64,000 nt of DNA from Strigamia acuminata. Its lineage: Eukaryota. The notes beneath the pieces are model-generated. The model saw only the letters and a list, made by a program, of their open reading frames with translations. It ran no database searches and was not told the DNA's origin. Below, in pieces: positions 12,094-25,094 of the stretch. Where the stretch lies: the NCBI GenBank assembly GCA_949358305.1, contig OX442314.1, forward strand, positions 31,124,001 to 31,188,000, written 5' to 3'. The translations under genes and the position numbers were made by a program. Every line of letters starts with the position of its first letter. The first letter of the stretch is position 1.

Positions 12094-12541
12094 TTTCTTT
12101 GCTTTGCTTTTTTCTTTGATGTAAAAAGTCGGTATCAGTTGGTGTTTTCCGCTTTTGTTTAATTACCCTGGACGATAAGAAACGATAAGAAACTTATGGG
12201 TATACAGCCAACTTAACGGTATTTAACTGTATTTCAGGCCTTCCACTCTAGATTCCCACAGGAAATAATTAGAGTCGTTTAGCGGTTCGATGCTCGCCAG
12301 GTGTATTATCAAATTACTTACCTGCAACTGCTATATATATCGTCTAACGGTGCATCATTGTGCTGACATTTTCTTCTATTGAATAACTAAATAAAATTGA
12401 AATAAGATTTTTATTTAATTTTTTAAACAAACAATGTTACCTTCACTCTATTGTGCAGTTTCTCTCGGCTTGAATTATTGATCGACATATCTGGACGTTG
12501 CTCATATCCTTTTTTTTACTTTAACCACTACAAAGTGCCGA

Positions 12542-12860
12542 ATAGCTCTTGTCGAAGGCAAACAAAGCCAAGAATTAATCAAGTTGAGGTTAGAACTGGC
12601 ATCAAATCTCTACCCATTTGAATATATCTGGAAAGTGAAGAAGTTTGCAAACCGTCAAGCTCAGGCAAAATGGCTATAAAATGCGACTAGAACTTTGTCT
12701 AAATGTTAATAGTACTGGGATGGGTATGCATTTAAGGATTTATCTTCACGTGGTGAAAGGTCCGAACGATGCAATTCTTAAGTGGCCCATTGAGTATTCT
12801 GTAAAATTTAGTGTGTTTGATCAGTTGGGACATAAGGATCATCATCTTCTCCAGTTTCTT
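12542..12860 (+). pseudogene. TRAF-type MATH domain fragment
   Basis: Coiled segment, then EYIWKVKKF, a frameshift/deletion, then GYKMRLELCLNVNSTGMGMHLRIYLHVVKGPNDAILKWP..VKFSVFDQ. This follows the TRAF-C consensus GYKxxxxxxLNGxGxGxGTHLSxY...GxYDAxLxWPF. Confidence 0.8.
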
Positions 12861-13795
12861 GGAGGAACTTCAGGAAAGGTGATCACTTTTACCCAATAAA
12901 AAGGGTCTAAACATGGAATTTACATCAAGTGTCTTACCTTGATTTGAAGTAATTTGGTGGTCTACAAATCCAACTGTATTTTCCAGGATTCATTTTCCTT
13001 GGCAAACAGGACAGCACATGTTGGATGGTTGAGAGCAGACTGAGAAGCAAAAGCAACTTTTTTCCACGGAATGATGTCACTTCCTGCACTCACTTTGAAA
13101 ACAAGGTGTCCCATTGCTAGCCAAGACAATGGGGATCGAAGTCCAATGGAGACTCATCTCAAATCCAAAAATAGACTCAGTGTTTATCACAAGAATATTT
13201 TCTCACACATTAAATATAACTATTTAGAAGTTTTAATAAACTATTTACTGACACTAAAATCTCACTTAAAAATTAACTTTTCCAGTAAAAAATTGGCACA
13301 ACGGATGGACAACGCTCATGTACATGAAGGGCAGCTTCTCTTTATTTCATCCATTTGCTGAAACTCAACTTATTCTTCCGTGTACACTAGGGGCAATGCC
13401 TTGTCTTTTGGCTTTGCTGCCACAATAGGTGAATCCTTTGGCTTGAAGCCTCTTCTTTTTTTCCCTCAGTTTCCATTGTTGGTAGGGAAAGAGGAGGGGA
13501 TGAAACGTTTACAGTAGGCGCAACAATCTTCCCTTTGACTTCATTACTTACCGGTAATCCCTTTAATATTATTAAATTTTTTGGTCTTTCCATGCTTTCT
13601 TGTTGCTGGTAGAACAATCACAAGTGAATCCACTGACTTCTGCCCCAACATGGTGTAATTGTATGATGACTTGCAGTAAATATTTTGGTGAAACATCACC
13701 TGGTGTGGCATTTTGTGAAGCAAAATGCAGCCACTGGTTGCTGACACTCTGTGTTTAGACAGACAAAAATAAATACTAATGCATGATTGGCATAC

Positions 13796-13915
13796 TAGGC
13801 ATGAGAATGGGACCGGGATAGACCCGGTCCTGGTCCCACAGCGGGACACGGGACAGGTCGGGGCCTGAAATATTCTAAATTGTGGGACACGGGACGGGTT
13901 CCGTTCTCATGCCTA
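13796..13915. mobile_element. 120-bp MITE with TAGGCATGAGAA termini (hAT-like)
   Basis: TIR TAGGCATGAGAA(T/C)GG(G/A)ACC at both ends; no clean TSD. Confidence 0.7.
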
Positions 13916-14049
13916 TTAAATACGTTTCAGGAATACATCAAACTAAGTATTGATAGTAATAATTACAGCAAATTTGTATGAAAAAAATATTAAGATAACA
14001 TGCAATTTAAAGAAAAGGCTAAAATGAATTCTTTACTCCAGAATGCCCA

Positions 14050-14930
14050 ATCCTTGGCTCATCTCGAAGCCTTCGTCTTTATCATCAATGCAGGATTTCG
14101 TTCTCTTGATCAACGGTTCATCTTTGATTTTGTATGGTCTGCCTCTCTTCTTCTCCAATGCTGGAGTTTTTTCTTCTGGCTTTGACTTCTTAAACTTTAT
14201 CGCTTGTTTGGAAACAGCTTCCTAAACCTTGTTGTATTTCTTTTCAGCTAAAAGCTGAGTTAACTTAACTCCAACTGATGTTCAGTCGGAGTCTGACGAG
14301 CGTCTTGAACTCGTTAAAGTTCAAAACGATTTGCTTTTTGTCAAACTATAACGAGAAACAAATAATATTATAATCAAATAAATAATAATAATAAAGGACT
14401 TATGCTTTTCCCAATTAAGAAGAATATGCGCCATTCTAGCTTCTGGATTTCAATGAAGGTCCCTCTGACCAAAAGTTATGCTTATATTAGCCGAATCGGT
14501 TTTGCATTTTGTTGCAGCTTGCTTAATTTCTGACCAGCACTGAACAAAACACTCCCATATGTATTCATTAAACGCCAAACCGTCCCTTCAAATTTGGTCA
14601 CAGTTGCATAAAAATCTTCTTCATCCAATTTGTACTCATGTGGATGGGAATTTGAAGTCATTTTGATCTTGAATTAAGAAAGATTATTTACTACTCTCTT
14701 CAATTTGTGATGATGGCAAAATTCCAAGAGATTAGCTTCTAATTCTTCTGCACGTTTACATTTTTCCAGTTGGGAAAAATATGGAATTGTGTCCTTCGTA
14801 TGAATGCCTTTATGATTCTACCGGACCATCTTTTTATGAGTATAGACGCTAATGTCTCTAGCTTTTTCTGTCTTTATTGTAAGGTTTTACTGTCTACTTC
14901 TAAATAAAATTCCATGTTATCAAAAAATAA
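14050..14930 (-). repeat. internally deleted paralog of 6340-7380 (PC4-like module); shorter copies at 11275-11700 and 27810-28160
   Basis: Direct nucleotide similarity. Confidence 0.88.
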
Positions 14931-15439
14931 TAAAAACTCTACTTTATAAAACAAAACTTCTGGTCTCATCCTGATTGGCAAGGGCCTCTGATGGCTGATT
15001 CATTGTCAAAGATGTCGTCTCAGAAGTCGTCCGGCCCGGCAGGATCCAGAGCGGGTTGTGGAATCGAGTACCAATACCCCAACTCCTCGCTGAAATCCTG
15101 CCACTAACCCTGGTTCACGTCCGTCACCGAAACGTATTGGTGGGTCGCAACCAGCAGAGGTTCCTCCCACACACGAACCGGAAGGCATCCTAAGAAAATA
15201 GTAATTGGCCATGTTTTCTTTTGTAAAGAAAATGTTGTTTCATAAAAGGCACTGGCTTTTTTTTATTGAAAAAACATATGATAAACAGGAAGCGAGTTGA
15301 TATTTCACACATGGAAATGTCACATCAGCTCCAGGAAATGTTTTTGACATTTTAAGGCACAACTTCATTTCAACCTTTAAATGAAAAGAGAAGTTTTGCA
15401 AGTTTCAGGGAGTGCGGGAGAAATCGAAGTCACTTTGGA

Positions 15440-16310
15440 TGTCGTCCATCATCTCGTTGTTGTTGAAAGCACAAAGAAACTTGGGGTCCGTTAAACTTAA
15501 TACTAGGTGAACTGTCACATTTGAAAAAAGACATGTTGCAGGTTTTACATGCAAGTCAGGAATGAACTTTAAGACCAAAGCCGGAAACGAAAAACTGTTA
15601 CGGGCAAGTTTGAACTTGTTACAAACACCAGAAAAATACAGGAAAGAGATAAAACGGTTACAATCGAAATTGTTTCAGAAACCATTTTTTGAAATAAAGA
15701 CATTCAAGTTTCGGACAAGTTTCGGCCTGTTGCGTAACTGTAGTGAGCGCCGTCTGGTGGGTTTTTGAAGAATTAAAGGTGTAAACAGAGCAGGAAGATG
15801 CAGCCGATTAACGGTGTGATTCAGCCCGCGTGACACTAATTTTCCTCAGTCCTTTCTTGTTTTGTTGGAAATTTTGAAAATTTGAGCATAGGTTCCCCAC
15901 TCCTTCAGGGTCCAGAGTCGTTGATCAACTGAAAAAATTCTGAAAATGTGCAATTTTTCCTTTTTTGATGTATTTGTGCAAGTCACAAATCACGTTAAAA
16001 TCGTGCTCATCGTACAAATCACAAAACTTTGGGCAACTGTAATCTTCCAAATTCAGAGAGGGAATCCCACATGCAGTTAACACATCTTTTTCCACATGGC
16101 CACCTTTGTATGCTATGATTTCACATCCAAATTCCACCTTACATGTTCTGTGTAAAGACTTCAAAACATCATACACTTTTGATTGTGGATAATCGTGGAA
16201 ACTGTTTTCAAATCCCATACCATGAATATTTTGAGTCAGCCAACTCGCACATTTTCTAACTTTGGGATCCAAATCTGAATATTTTCCTACTTGAAACGTA
16301 CAGTGTCCCC
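15440..16310 (-). pseudogene. second, degraded copy of the Maelstrom-like ORF and its downstream neighbour (syntenic with 35720-36460)
   Basis: GHCTFQVGKYSDLDPKV...YKGGHVE...CDLHKYIKKGKIAH; SPSIKFNGPQVSLCFQQQRDDGR. A ~230-bp insertion at ~15719-15945 splits the C-terminus. Confidence 0.85.
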
Positions 16311-17974
16311 AGATCATAATGGCACAACTACATGTCTCTCTCGAAAAGTATATGGGGGCTAATAAATCCAACTCTCGACCTCCCGTAGTAGCCCCGGACC
16401 ACGTTTCAGTGGTCAAACGAGAGCTCTGGTTACTTACTAGATACCTGGGATCGATCTCAACTTCACACGAACTTCTTCTCGTCACTTAATATATCCCAAA
16501 TTGGTCTAATCTCTGACAACTGCGGTACAAACTTTCCTAAATGGTTCATAAGCCCCAATAATTGGCTTACCCCGAAACCGAAATCCATCCCTGTGAAATC
16601 TTTTTTTGTTTATCCATTTCTCTTTGAGGTGACTTTCTCAATTTCTGTTTGCCAACGTTTCTCGAATTTTCGAAATTGGTTGAATTCCTATTTGCCTCTG
16701 GTCACTTTGTGACAAATATTGCATTCGCAATATAACACGGTGGTTGGCTTCCTCGTGATCTGTTAGGCTGTGTGGTAAAAGCCTTTTCCAACAGTCCCAG
16801 CCATTACTAAACGATGCATCAGAAAAATGATAAATGATAAAAAGCGATTAAGACAGTAAGCTTTTTTTTACAATCATGCCCGTGCTTATTGTTTCTATCA
16901 AATGAAATAATGCTAGAAAATGTCGAGCGACCAGTCAGAATACCAATTACTGATCCAATATAAGAAAACAGTTTTCTCAGTGGTACCATTGTAAAGTGTG
17001 CACTGGTTATGTAACTAGGTATACTCAAATATTTTATACGTTGAGTTTTTCTAAGCCGTAGCAAATTAAGCTGTAGGCACGTCCCTTTTTAATTTGTCGT
17101 TCGATTCTTCTCTCCAGGATGCATGGGCTTCAATTCTAAAGTCCAATCATTCAAGAAATAACCAGTGGTCGTGGTAGTGTAATAAAACCTTAATTTTGCT
17201 TTCCATTGGCTGTAGTTGTCATGGTTCAACAAATTACCTTGTTTTGAAAATATGTAACCACACACAATACTAATTGTACAAATTGTAAATGCTGCACATC
17301 GAACTCTCGAATGCAAGCTTGCAATGCCGTATATAGATACAGTACCGAAGATAAATCGAAAGAAAAAAAACGAACAATAAAAAATATAACATGACCAGTA
17401 AGTAACCTGAGCTCTCGTTTGCCCACTGAAACGAGTTGGATTTATTAGCCCCCATATACTGTAAGCCATTAGCCCACTAAAATGGGATCGCGATAGGGTA
17501 AATAACGGCGGAACCGATGGTACCTACAATATCACGCCGTCGCCAAACGCTACTACAGGTATAAACTCGAAAAAAAAACACTTTGAAATTTTATTGCGAC
17601 ATATACTTTGTACTTTACGAACATAAATGTACAAAGTATTGGTAAAGTGTTGGTTTCGTTTTACAAGCGGAGGGGGGGAAAGAAAAAAATCTGTACTCAC
17701 CGTTAATACTGTAGATGAAACTTACCGCGACAGTTGTGAATCCAGCGATGACTCTCGCAGTCGCTACAGTTGTGCTGATTTTCTTGCAATTTCTTGTCTT
17801 CTTAGAACCCTCCGACGGTTGCGCGATAAATCCATTGCAAAAGAGAAGCGGCGGTCTTTCACTCGCTCGGACTCTCACCACAGAATGCTCTCACGGTCGG
17901 GAGGTACCAATATGAATTCTGGGAAATAGTTAGTGTGGGAATGTTGCCGAGTAAGCTTTCATTGGCTAGCCAGC

Positions 17975-18750
17975 AGCAGCGATGGATCGTCGTTGCAAAG
18001 CTGTCTTCCGATAACCTCCAAATTTGTCCAACATTCAAAGCTGAAAGAACAAAATTGTACAATTTCATTAGTTCTTCATTTTCTATCGCCCATAAAAAGT
18101 CATTATAAAAGTCAACACAAGAACTCGTGTTTCTTTCGATGTTCAAAGTCAATCGAGTTAAGGTTGCAGGAACAGCCCATCGTCTTAGTCCATCTTCAAG
18201 AATGACGATTAAAAGTAAAAGCAGCTTTTGAGATTGTGATACACTAACATGAGGAATTAACTTTGGTGATATAAACCATCCAATTTTGCACACTCTTGCA
18301 ATATGGCACATCTTCAATATCAGTTTACAAATGTCATCATCAATCTCAGCTTTCCTCCATCGACATCGGTGTTCCACTAACAATATGCGTGTGTAAATCT
18401 GATCCGCTATCCTGGTGATGGACTTTGGACTTCGGATATAACAAAGATTATTTGTTTCTTGATAAAAATTCCTCGCACAGACTGAGAAATTTTTTTATCT
18501 ATTGACATACTCTTTATGACACGTGTAAAACTCAAAACTTATTAGACCATCTTGGAGGATTTCCAGAACAATAGTGATTAGGTTTTGACACATTGACAGT
18601 GTTTCTGATGGAAAACGGTTTGGTGAAATTATCCACTCATTTTCGCATGTGTTTAAAATATAACACAGATTTAAAATGTTTTGATAAATATCATTAAAGT
18701 AAAACTTACCACCATAACTTATTGCTTCTCCTTGATATTGAAAATATTTT
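17975..18750 (-). pseudogene. paralog of the repeat-domain ORF (units 1-2), homologous to 37895-38650
   Basis: High nucleotide similarity; WIISPNRFP and WFISPKLIP motifs. Confidence 0.85.
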
Positions 18751-18909
18751 TAGTAAATATTAAACAATTTATTTTATATTTAGTGGTTAAGGGTATCTTA
18801 CCACTACTAATTTTTTTTATCTAAAATTTGTTTCTTATACATTTTATTATGTGAACAACATCTCCAAAAGCATATATTTTTTATTTTTGTCAACTTGGTG
18901 TGGGAGAAA

Positions 18910-19345
18910 ATTACTAAATTTTTTGGTCTTTCCAGAAATAGAAAGTGCACTCCATGCTTTCTTGTTGCTGGTAGAACCATCACAAGTGAATCCACTGACT
19001 TCTGCCCCAACATGATGTAATTGTATGATGCCTTGTAGTAAATTTTTTGCTGAAACATCATCTGGTGTGGCATTTTGTGAAGCAAAATTCAGCCACTAGT
19101 TGCTTACACTCTTTGCTTAGACAGACAAAAATAAATACTAATGCATGATTGGCATATTCACATTTTTGATTTTCTGGAGTGTGTTCACCCAAATTTACAA
19201 ATCCATGAAATTTGAATGTTGATTTCTTGAAATTCAAAGTTTTAGATAATTTGGTTTCATCAAAAATCAAAATTCCTTTTCTTTTTTCTTCAGGCTCACC
19301 TTCAAATTCCTCTCTTATAGCCTCTGTGGCAATGTGGTTTTTATA
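18910..19345 (-). pseudogene. P-element/THAP9-like transposase remnant (partial copy at 13570-13795)
   Basis: KGILIFDETKLSKTLNF..FHGFVNLG..ANHALVF. Confidence 0.8.
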
Positions 19346-19720
19346 ACTCGGTGGAAAATGAACTTAAAATAAGGCAAACACATAAAAATGGAAATAAGAA
19401 AGAACAAAGTTTATTTGAATTCTACTCTCTAATATTAATTGAAAAGAAAAATTATTTCATTTGCTTTTACCATTGAAAAGCTGGTTCACACCAAAAAGTT
19501 CTATAATATACATAAATGATATTTGAAATAACAAACCAAATATCATGATAAACTAACCAATCACTACACTAACTAGCTAACATTTCAGTATTTCTATCCA
19601 ACACAAAGGGACAAATACACTCACATTTCTCTGCAAATGTTCAGGATGGGGCGTTTGTCCACTATCTCGGTTTCTGCTACTGCTATTATCTCGCTTTTGC
19701 GATGAGAAAAGAGACCCAAG

Positions 19721-21140
19721 TCACATCATTTTCGGGTTTCCTCGTGCGTAATCAGACTGTTTTCGCAGTAATTCATCACGAGCTCTCTGCTCTTCTGGTG
19801 GTAAATACTTTGCGTAGCGATCATCAATATACATCTGATTATCACGCATGAATTGGGCTAATTTCTCGAATGAACTTGCCATTGGAGCAACCACCATAGT
19901 CAACACCTTTTCAGAGAATTCTGTTAGCCCCAGTCGAAATTGTCTATCGGCTGGGAAATCGCCAACATAATTTGGCAAACTGTTTATTAGCTCTTCCGTT
20001 CGACGCAAATATGATCGCAGATCCTCTCCCAGCATCTGTTGCAGATTATCCCAGTAGCTTAAGAGAGTCGCGTGTGATTCTCCGTATTCTTTCATGAATT
20101 CTCTGACGAAAGCATCCCAATGTGGAAATTGATGTTCATAAAACCAATTTGCGGCCCCTCCCGTCAGCATTTTAGGAATTATCTTTTTTAATGCGTCGTA
20201 AGGATCTACCTCGTGGCATCTGACGACTTGCATAACTTCGTCTAAGAATTGTGTTCCTGCACGCCAAGAACCGTCAAACGTATCTGCAGTTATTCAGTCC
20301 CATTTGATTTGACTTGTTGCGGCGTAACAATGTATCCAGCTTGACGTACAGTACTTTCGAATTTGTTTCTGTAGGACTTCTTCCATTTCTTGTGATCTGG
20401 ACGGAATTTTTGATAGACGTTTGTCGATCTGCCTTTCAATATATTCCTGCCACTGCATCGCGTTATCCGTTGTACCAGGAACATTAGCAGATGGTGGTGT
20501 GTCTCTGTGTCGAGAATAATCGAATCGTTCTTGTTGATTTCCACTACGACCCGCGTAATTGGCGTTATTGCGCTGGAAACGATCAGATTCAGAATATTTC
20601 CAGTCTTCTTGTTGATATCTCGATCTGGTCGGAGAATTTGCACGTTGTCTGTTCCACTCCTGTTGACGTGCATAATCGTCTTGTTGACGTGAGTATTCTT
20701 CATGTCGTGATTCATCACGTCCACACGAGTCTCCTTTAAGTCTTGAGTATTCGTCATAGTGTGATCCCTCTCTCTGGCTGTGACGATACTCTTCTTCTCG
20801 ACGTGGGTCGTTGCTGTAACGATATCCATCTCCATGATGTCTATCATCACCTTGACGATTCCTCTGACGCTGTTCATCATTACGATAATATTCGTCTCTT
20901 CGTGCTCTTCTCTTTGGCGCTCGTCAGCGCGACGTTGCTCGTCTGCTCGACGTTGTTCGTCCGCTCGACGTTGTTCGTCTGCTCGACGTTGTTTGTCATT
21001 ATGATGCCACTCGTCTCTTTGACGTTGTTCGTGATATTGCGGCGATCCGGGTTTTCACTTGCCAAATTAAGTAAACTTAACAAGTTATCACCGTCGAGAT
21101 GCCGTTTAGGACTTCTACTCTGTGGCCAAATGGTTGTCTA
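19721..21140 (-). pseudogene. gag: Ty3/gypsy gag remnant with charged low-complexity N-terminus
   Basis: TFDGS...LTGGAANWF...WDAFVREFMKEY...LQQMLGEDLRSY retrotransposon capsid pattern; frameshifted upstream, 18-bp repeats at ~20930-21000. Confidence 0.75.
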
Positions 21141-22124
21141 GGGGAATGATTTTAAACACAAAGTAAAGGAATAATACGATTGCTTTAATTGTCCAAATAT
21201 ACAAGATGAATATGATGCAAAATAGTGGTAATAACTGGGTCGATCTGGCTTTTCTTCGAATATACACTCACAGTTAACGGTTGGCTCCAAGATGGCGTCG
21301 ATGGCGTCGTGTGAGCGCGGATTTTGGCAGAGTAAACTCGATGCCAAAAACCTAACTTCAAATACACCTAAAATTCCCGTGGAGCACGCTCGACACGAGA
21401 ATATGTCTTATACACAGCGACTCGATTATTACGGAGCAAGTTCGACGTAACAATCCGTCTACACACAGTTCGCTTTGTGGAGTAAACTCAACACAAAGCA
21501 CTTCAAACTAACAGAACAAGCTCAATGTTAGTTTCACACAGAAAATGGCTTAAATCACACTTAGTGATGTAAGCAGAAAGGCGCTATTCCGTACAGTTGG
21601 TACAGACCAGCAATGAGTCTCAATTTGTCCAATATCACAGATCACACTTAGCAAGTTTGGGCATAAGTTTGACACGGTTGTGAACAGTTTGGAAGTGGAA
21701 TCAAGAGTGCGGGAAAAGTGGGCCAAAACCGTTTGGCTCACTCCGAAATCTGCTCAGTAAAGCTGCGCAGATGACGAGTTGCGCTTAGATCACACACGGC
21801 CGCCTTCGGGTTGTGTGCAACAATTGAGCCAGGCACGTGCGAGAGGAGGGGATGCTCCGCCCAGGCATGCGCCAGCAGCATCATCAAAGCAATGCATGCC
21901 GCAGCGTGATTGGTTGACGCTGTTGCTGGGCCAAAACTTGCTGCAAAACACAATATTATTTACGTAATATTGTGTCTCAATTTAAACTATGGCAGTATAT
22001 GTTTTATTTCAACTTACATTGAAATAGAACATAGATTAATATTTGATCTAGATTTTAAGATGATTTGAAAATATGGTGCTCACTCAAATAAGAATATTTG
22101 AAGTCACCACAATATCCATAATGA

Positions 22125-22335
22125 TATTCGTCTTTTTGACGACGGTGTTCGTCCTCCTGACGACTTTGCTCGTCTTTTTGACGGCGGTGTTCGTCTTTTT
22201 GACGGCGGTGTTCGTCTTTTTGACGGCGGTGCTTGTCTTCTTGACGGCGGCGCTCGTCTTCTTGACGGCGGCGCTCGTCTTCTTGACGGCGGCGCTCGTC
22301 TTCTTGACGGTGGCGCTCGTCTTCTTGACGGCAGT
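22125..22335. repeat. 21-bp tandem repeat, ~10 units
   Basis: TTGACGGCGGCGCTCGTCTTC units. Confidence 0.93.
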
Positions 22336-22479
22336 GTTCAGTGTACACTTTTGGATATGGTTTGCTTGATTTTTAGTAGAATGTTCCTAGTGGTTTTAGG
22401 AAAATCTCTTGATGGGCCATACTTTTGGTTGGGTTTTTGAAATAGGCTGAATAATGGTCCTGAAGTGGCACAACTGAAT

Positions 22480-23052
22480 GCACCTTGTTTTAGCGATTTC
22501 ACTTTAGCGATTTCGTTTTAGCGACGCCCCGTTTTAGCATCCACGTCATTTTAGCTACACAAAAATTGCTAAAATGACGTGGACACTAATGTGGTAATCG
22601 CTAAAATGACACAATAAAGAAATGAAAAAGTAGATCTGATAAACTTTAGTGGTGCCAGTTTTAGCGAAGCCGTTTTCCAACCTAACTAACCTGACTTGAC
22701 CTAACTAACCTAACCTGACCTGACCTGACCTAACTAACCTGACCTGACCTGACCTGACCTAACTAACCTAACCTAACTTAAACTAACGTAAACTAGCCTA
22801 AAATAATCTAAATTAACCTAACCTAACGGCATCTAAGCATCTGAAAACAGGCGTCGCTACAACGGGCGTCTCTACAGTGAACCAATCAGGGTCGCTATTC
22901 GCTAAAATGAGTCGATCGCTATTGTGTAGCGTCGCTAAAACGTAGCAATTCTTGCGTGAAAATTTCTCCATTGTCACTAAAACGAGATTGCTACAATGGG
23001 GATTTTATTTGGAAATTCGCTAAAACGAGCGTCGCTAATAAGGAGGAAACCG
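22480..23052. mobile_element. foldback/MITE-like element with TTTTAGCGA motif arms and a central (CTAAC/CTGAC)n microsatellite
   Basis: TTTAGCGA repeats on the left, TCGCTAAA repeats on the right, pentamer run at 22680-22826; ends approximate. Confidence 0.6.
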
Positions 23053-23349
23053 GCACAACTTTCTACTGCTTGGTTATACTGGACTGGAGCTGTTTCTCTG
23101 GTAGAACTTGTACTGTATAGGCAAATGCTTACTGCATACTGAGATCTGCACACTGTGATTTCACTGCCTTTTTCACAAGTGTAGGAATGTGAGTCCCCAC
23201 CCTTGCTAATCCTGGCAGCATCATCACTCATGCCAATTCCTATGTACAACAGAGAGCTGATGACCTACTTAGCTCCTCTTTTCCTTAATCCTTCAACTGA
23301 TTGGTTCTTTGCATTCTCAGAATCAATGACTCATTACTTAGTCATCTAA

Positions 23350-23712
23350 CATGTGTCTGAGTGTTTCAAAACGAGGTTGACCAATCAAAATGTATTGTTG
23401 ATGTGTCCCACAGAGATGCATGAACAGCCAATATTTGCTTGTGACACCGCTGATGTAATTTTATTGACCCCATATTCACATCTCAGTCCACTCATTAATT
23501 TGCTGATACCCTATCTGTGTCTTAATCCGAAAATATAGACTTTCCAATAGAAATTCTGAATCATATCGCATTCCTTTCTTCTTCCGTTCATTTTTCATGG
23601 GCATCATTTTAATAATTTGCCTCTGTGTTGATGGTAATTGTCCAATCGTTTCAGCCATGTCATGTTTTGATTTTTCTTTGATATTTTTAATTTTTGAATT
23701 GAATGTAAACAT
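23350..23712 (-). pseudogene. P-element/THAP9-like transposase N-terminal remnant
   Basis: KKGMRYDSEFLLESLYFRIKTQIGY matches the KGxRYxxxxxxxxLxLxxxSPxxY region. Confidence 0.65.
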
Positions 23713-23865
23713 GAGTCTTCTATTAGGTAATAAAAGATGTGCATCTTATGTAAATTTTTATCTAATTGAATATGAGAGATGATGAATAAAAGAAAAATTT
23801 TATTTTTAAATTAGTATTAATAATTTTGTGTGACATTTGAAAAACACTTAAATAAAACACTTAAA

Positions 23866-24211
23866 TTACCACATGATTCTACAGATGGGTCATGTTTTAT
23901 TTTCACATCCCCATTGCAAGAAACAGTGGTTGTGAAAGATATGTCTACAATTTAATTCACCAACTTGTTCATTTTTCTTCATGTTAAATTGACAGACAGT
24001 AATCTTCAGTAGGCTCTACTTCTAGTAATTTTGCTTCCAATTCTTGCGGTTGATGTGGTGGTGATGGTGGTGGCTGATGGGCTGGCAGTTGATGCACTTC
24101 CTCTTCGTTTTTATCATCTAAGATGTAAATAACTACTTCAGGTTGCACAAACTGCTGCTGTTGGTTCCTCGCTGCTAATTCCATGCAGCTAGCGTCGCTA
24201 AATCCATGCAA
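23866..24211 (-). pseudogene. RING-H2 E3 ligase remnant
   Basis: After one frameshift: C-VCQFNMKKNEQVGELNCRHIFHNHCFLQWGCENKT*PICR, the C3H2C3 pattern with the 7th ligand read as TGA. Confidence 0.82.
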
Positions 24212-24234
24212 GTTCCTTTCTTCCTTTTGATAAA

Positions 24235-24887
24235 TCAGTCGTTAGTCCTTGGTTCCCTCATCATTTGTTTCAGGTCTGCCAAATGAACTTCACGCGGCTT
24301 GCAGTTAAATTGCGACAAAAAGCTCAGTCCGTAGCTGAGATCTGGGCATGTACATGTGGCAATGTTCATCAGTTTTCCAATCATTTCCTGGTAGTGGGTT
24401 GGGTCTACTTCCTTACTGTCCTCGCAATTGTCGAATTTCTGGTTGGGATCCATTGGGGACTTCACGGCATTGCAGTCTTGTAATCCGAATCGTTTTAATG
24501 TCTCCTCAATGTATTTTTGCTGGTGAATCATTATTCTTCCATTCCCCCATTCGACTTGAATCCCTAGGATGTATTCCAATGGTCCAATTAGGACAAGCTT
24601 AATCTCCACTATTATCAACTCAATTATCCCTTCTTCGAATTTGTCGGATGAGGAGAGAGTTATGTCTACATAGATTCCCATAAACATGTATTCAACTTTT
24701 TGCTTCAAAATGAATAAACATGAATCGTCGGGTGACTGTGTGAATCCAATGTTTTCCAGTACGCTTTTCATCTTCTCGTACCAGCATTTTCCTGATTGCT
24801 TGAGACTGTAAATACTTTTGTCCAGCTTGCACACCATTTTTTTTTATATTTTTCCTCTTTGTATCCCTCCGGTTGGATCATGTATAC
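24235..24887 (-). pseudogene. copia RT fragment
   Basis: YMIQPEGY..VCKLDKSIYSLKQSGKCW..IYVD..HQQKY..YQEMIGKLM. Confidence 0.9.
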
Positions 24888-25094
24888 TGTTGTGGTTATG
24901 GTTCACAACTCCTAATTTGGATTCTAAAGTTCATGAAGCCTTCTTTGAGAAGGTTGTGGAAGAATGTGTGCACACTGTAGATTTTGGGTTGCAACTGTTT
25001 ATTGACAAAAAGGGTGTTGCTAGGCAACTTTGTGCCTAGCAACCTTATACAATAGTATTGTTGTAAAGGCATAGACACAACATGCCTTCCCCCT
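24888..25094 (-). mobile_element. 195-bp 3' LTR plus polypurine tract of an LTR element with a GC-rich non-coding interior (25095-~26345)
   Basis: TGTTGTG...CACAACA perfect 7-bp terminal inverted repeat (24888-25082), preceded on the minus strand by AGGGGGAAGGCA. Confidence 0.7.

Noticed and set aside
22055..22369. RRQEDER / VFLTAAL repeat ORFs
   Set aside because: Open only because the 21-bp unit lacks stops; no flanking domain.
22680..22826. Arthropod telomeric (TTAGG)n tract
   Set aside because: Short mixed CCTAA/CCTGA pentamers internal to a MITE-like element, not a terminal array.
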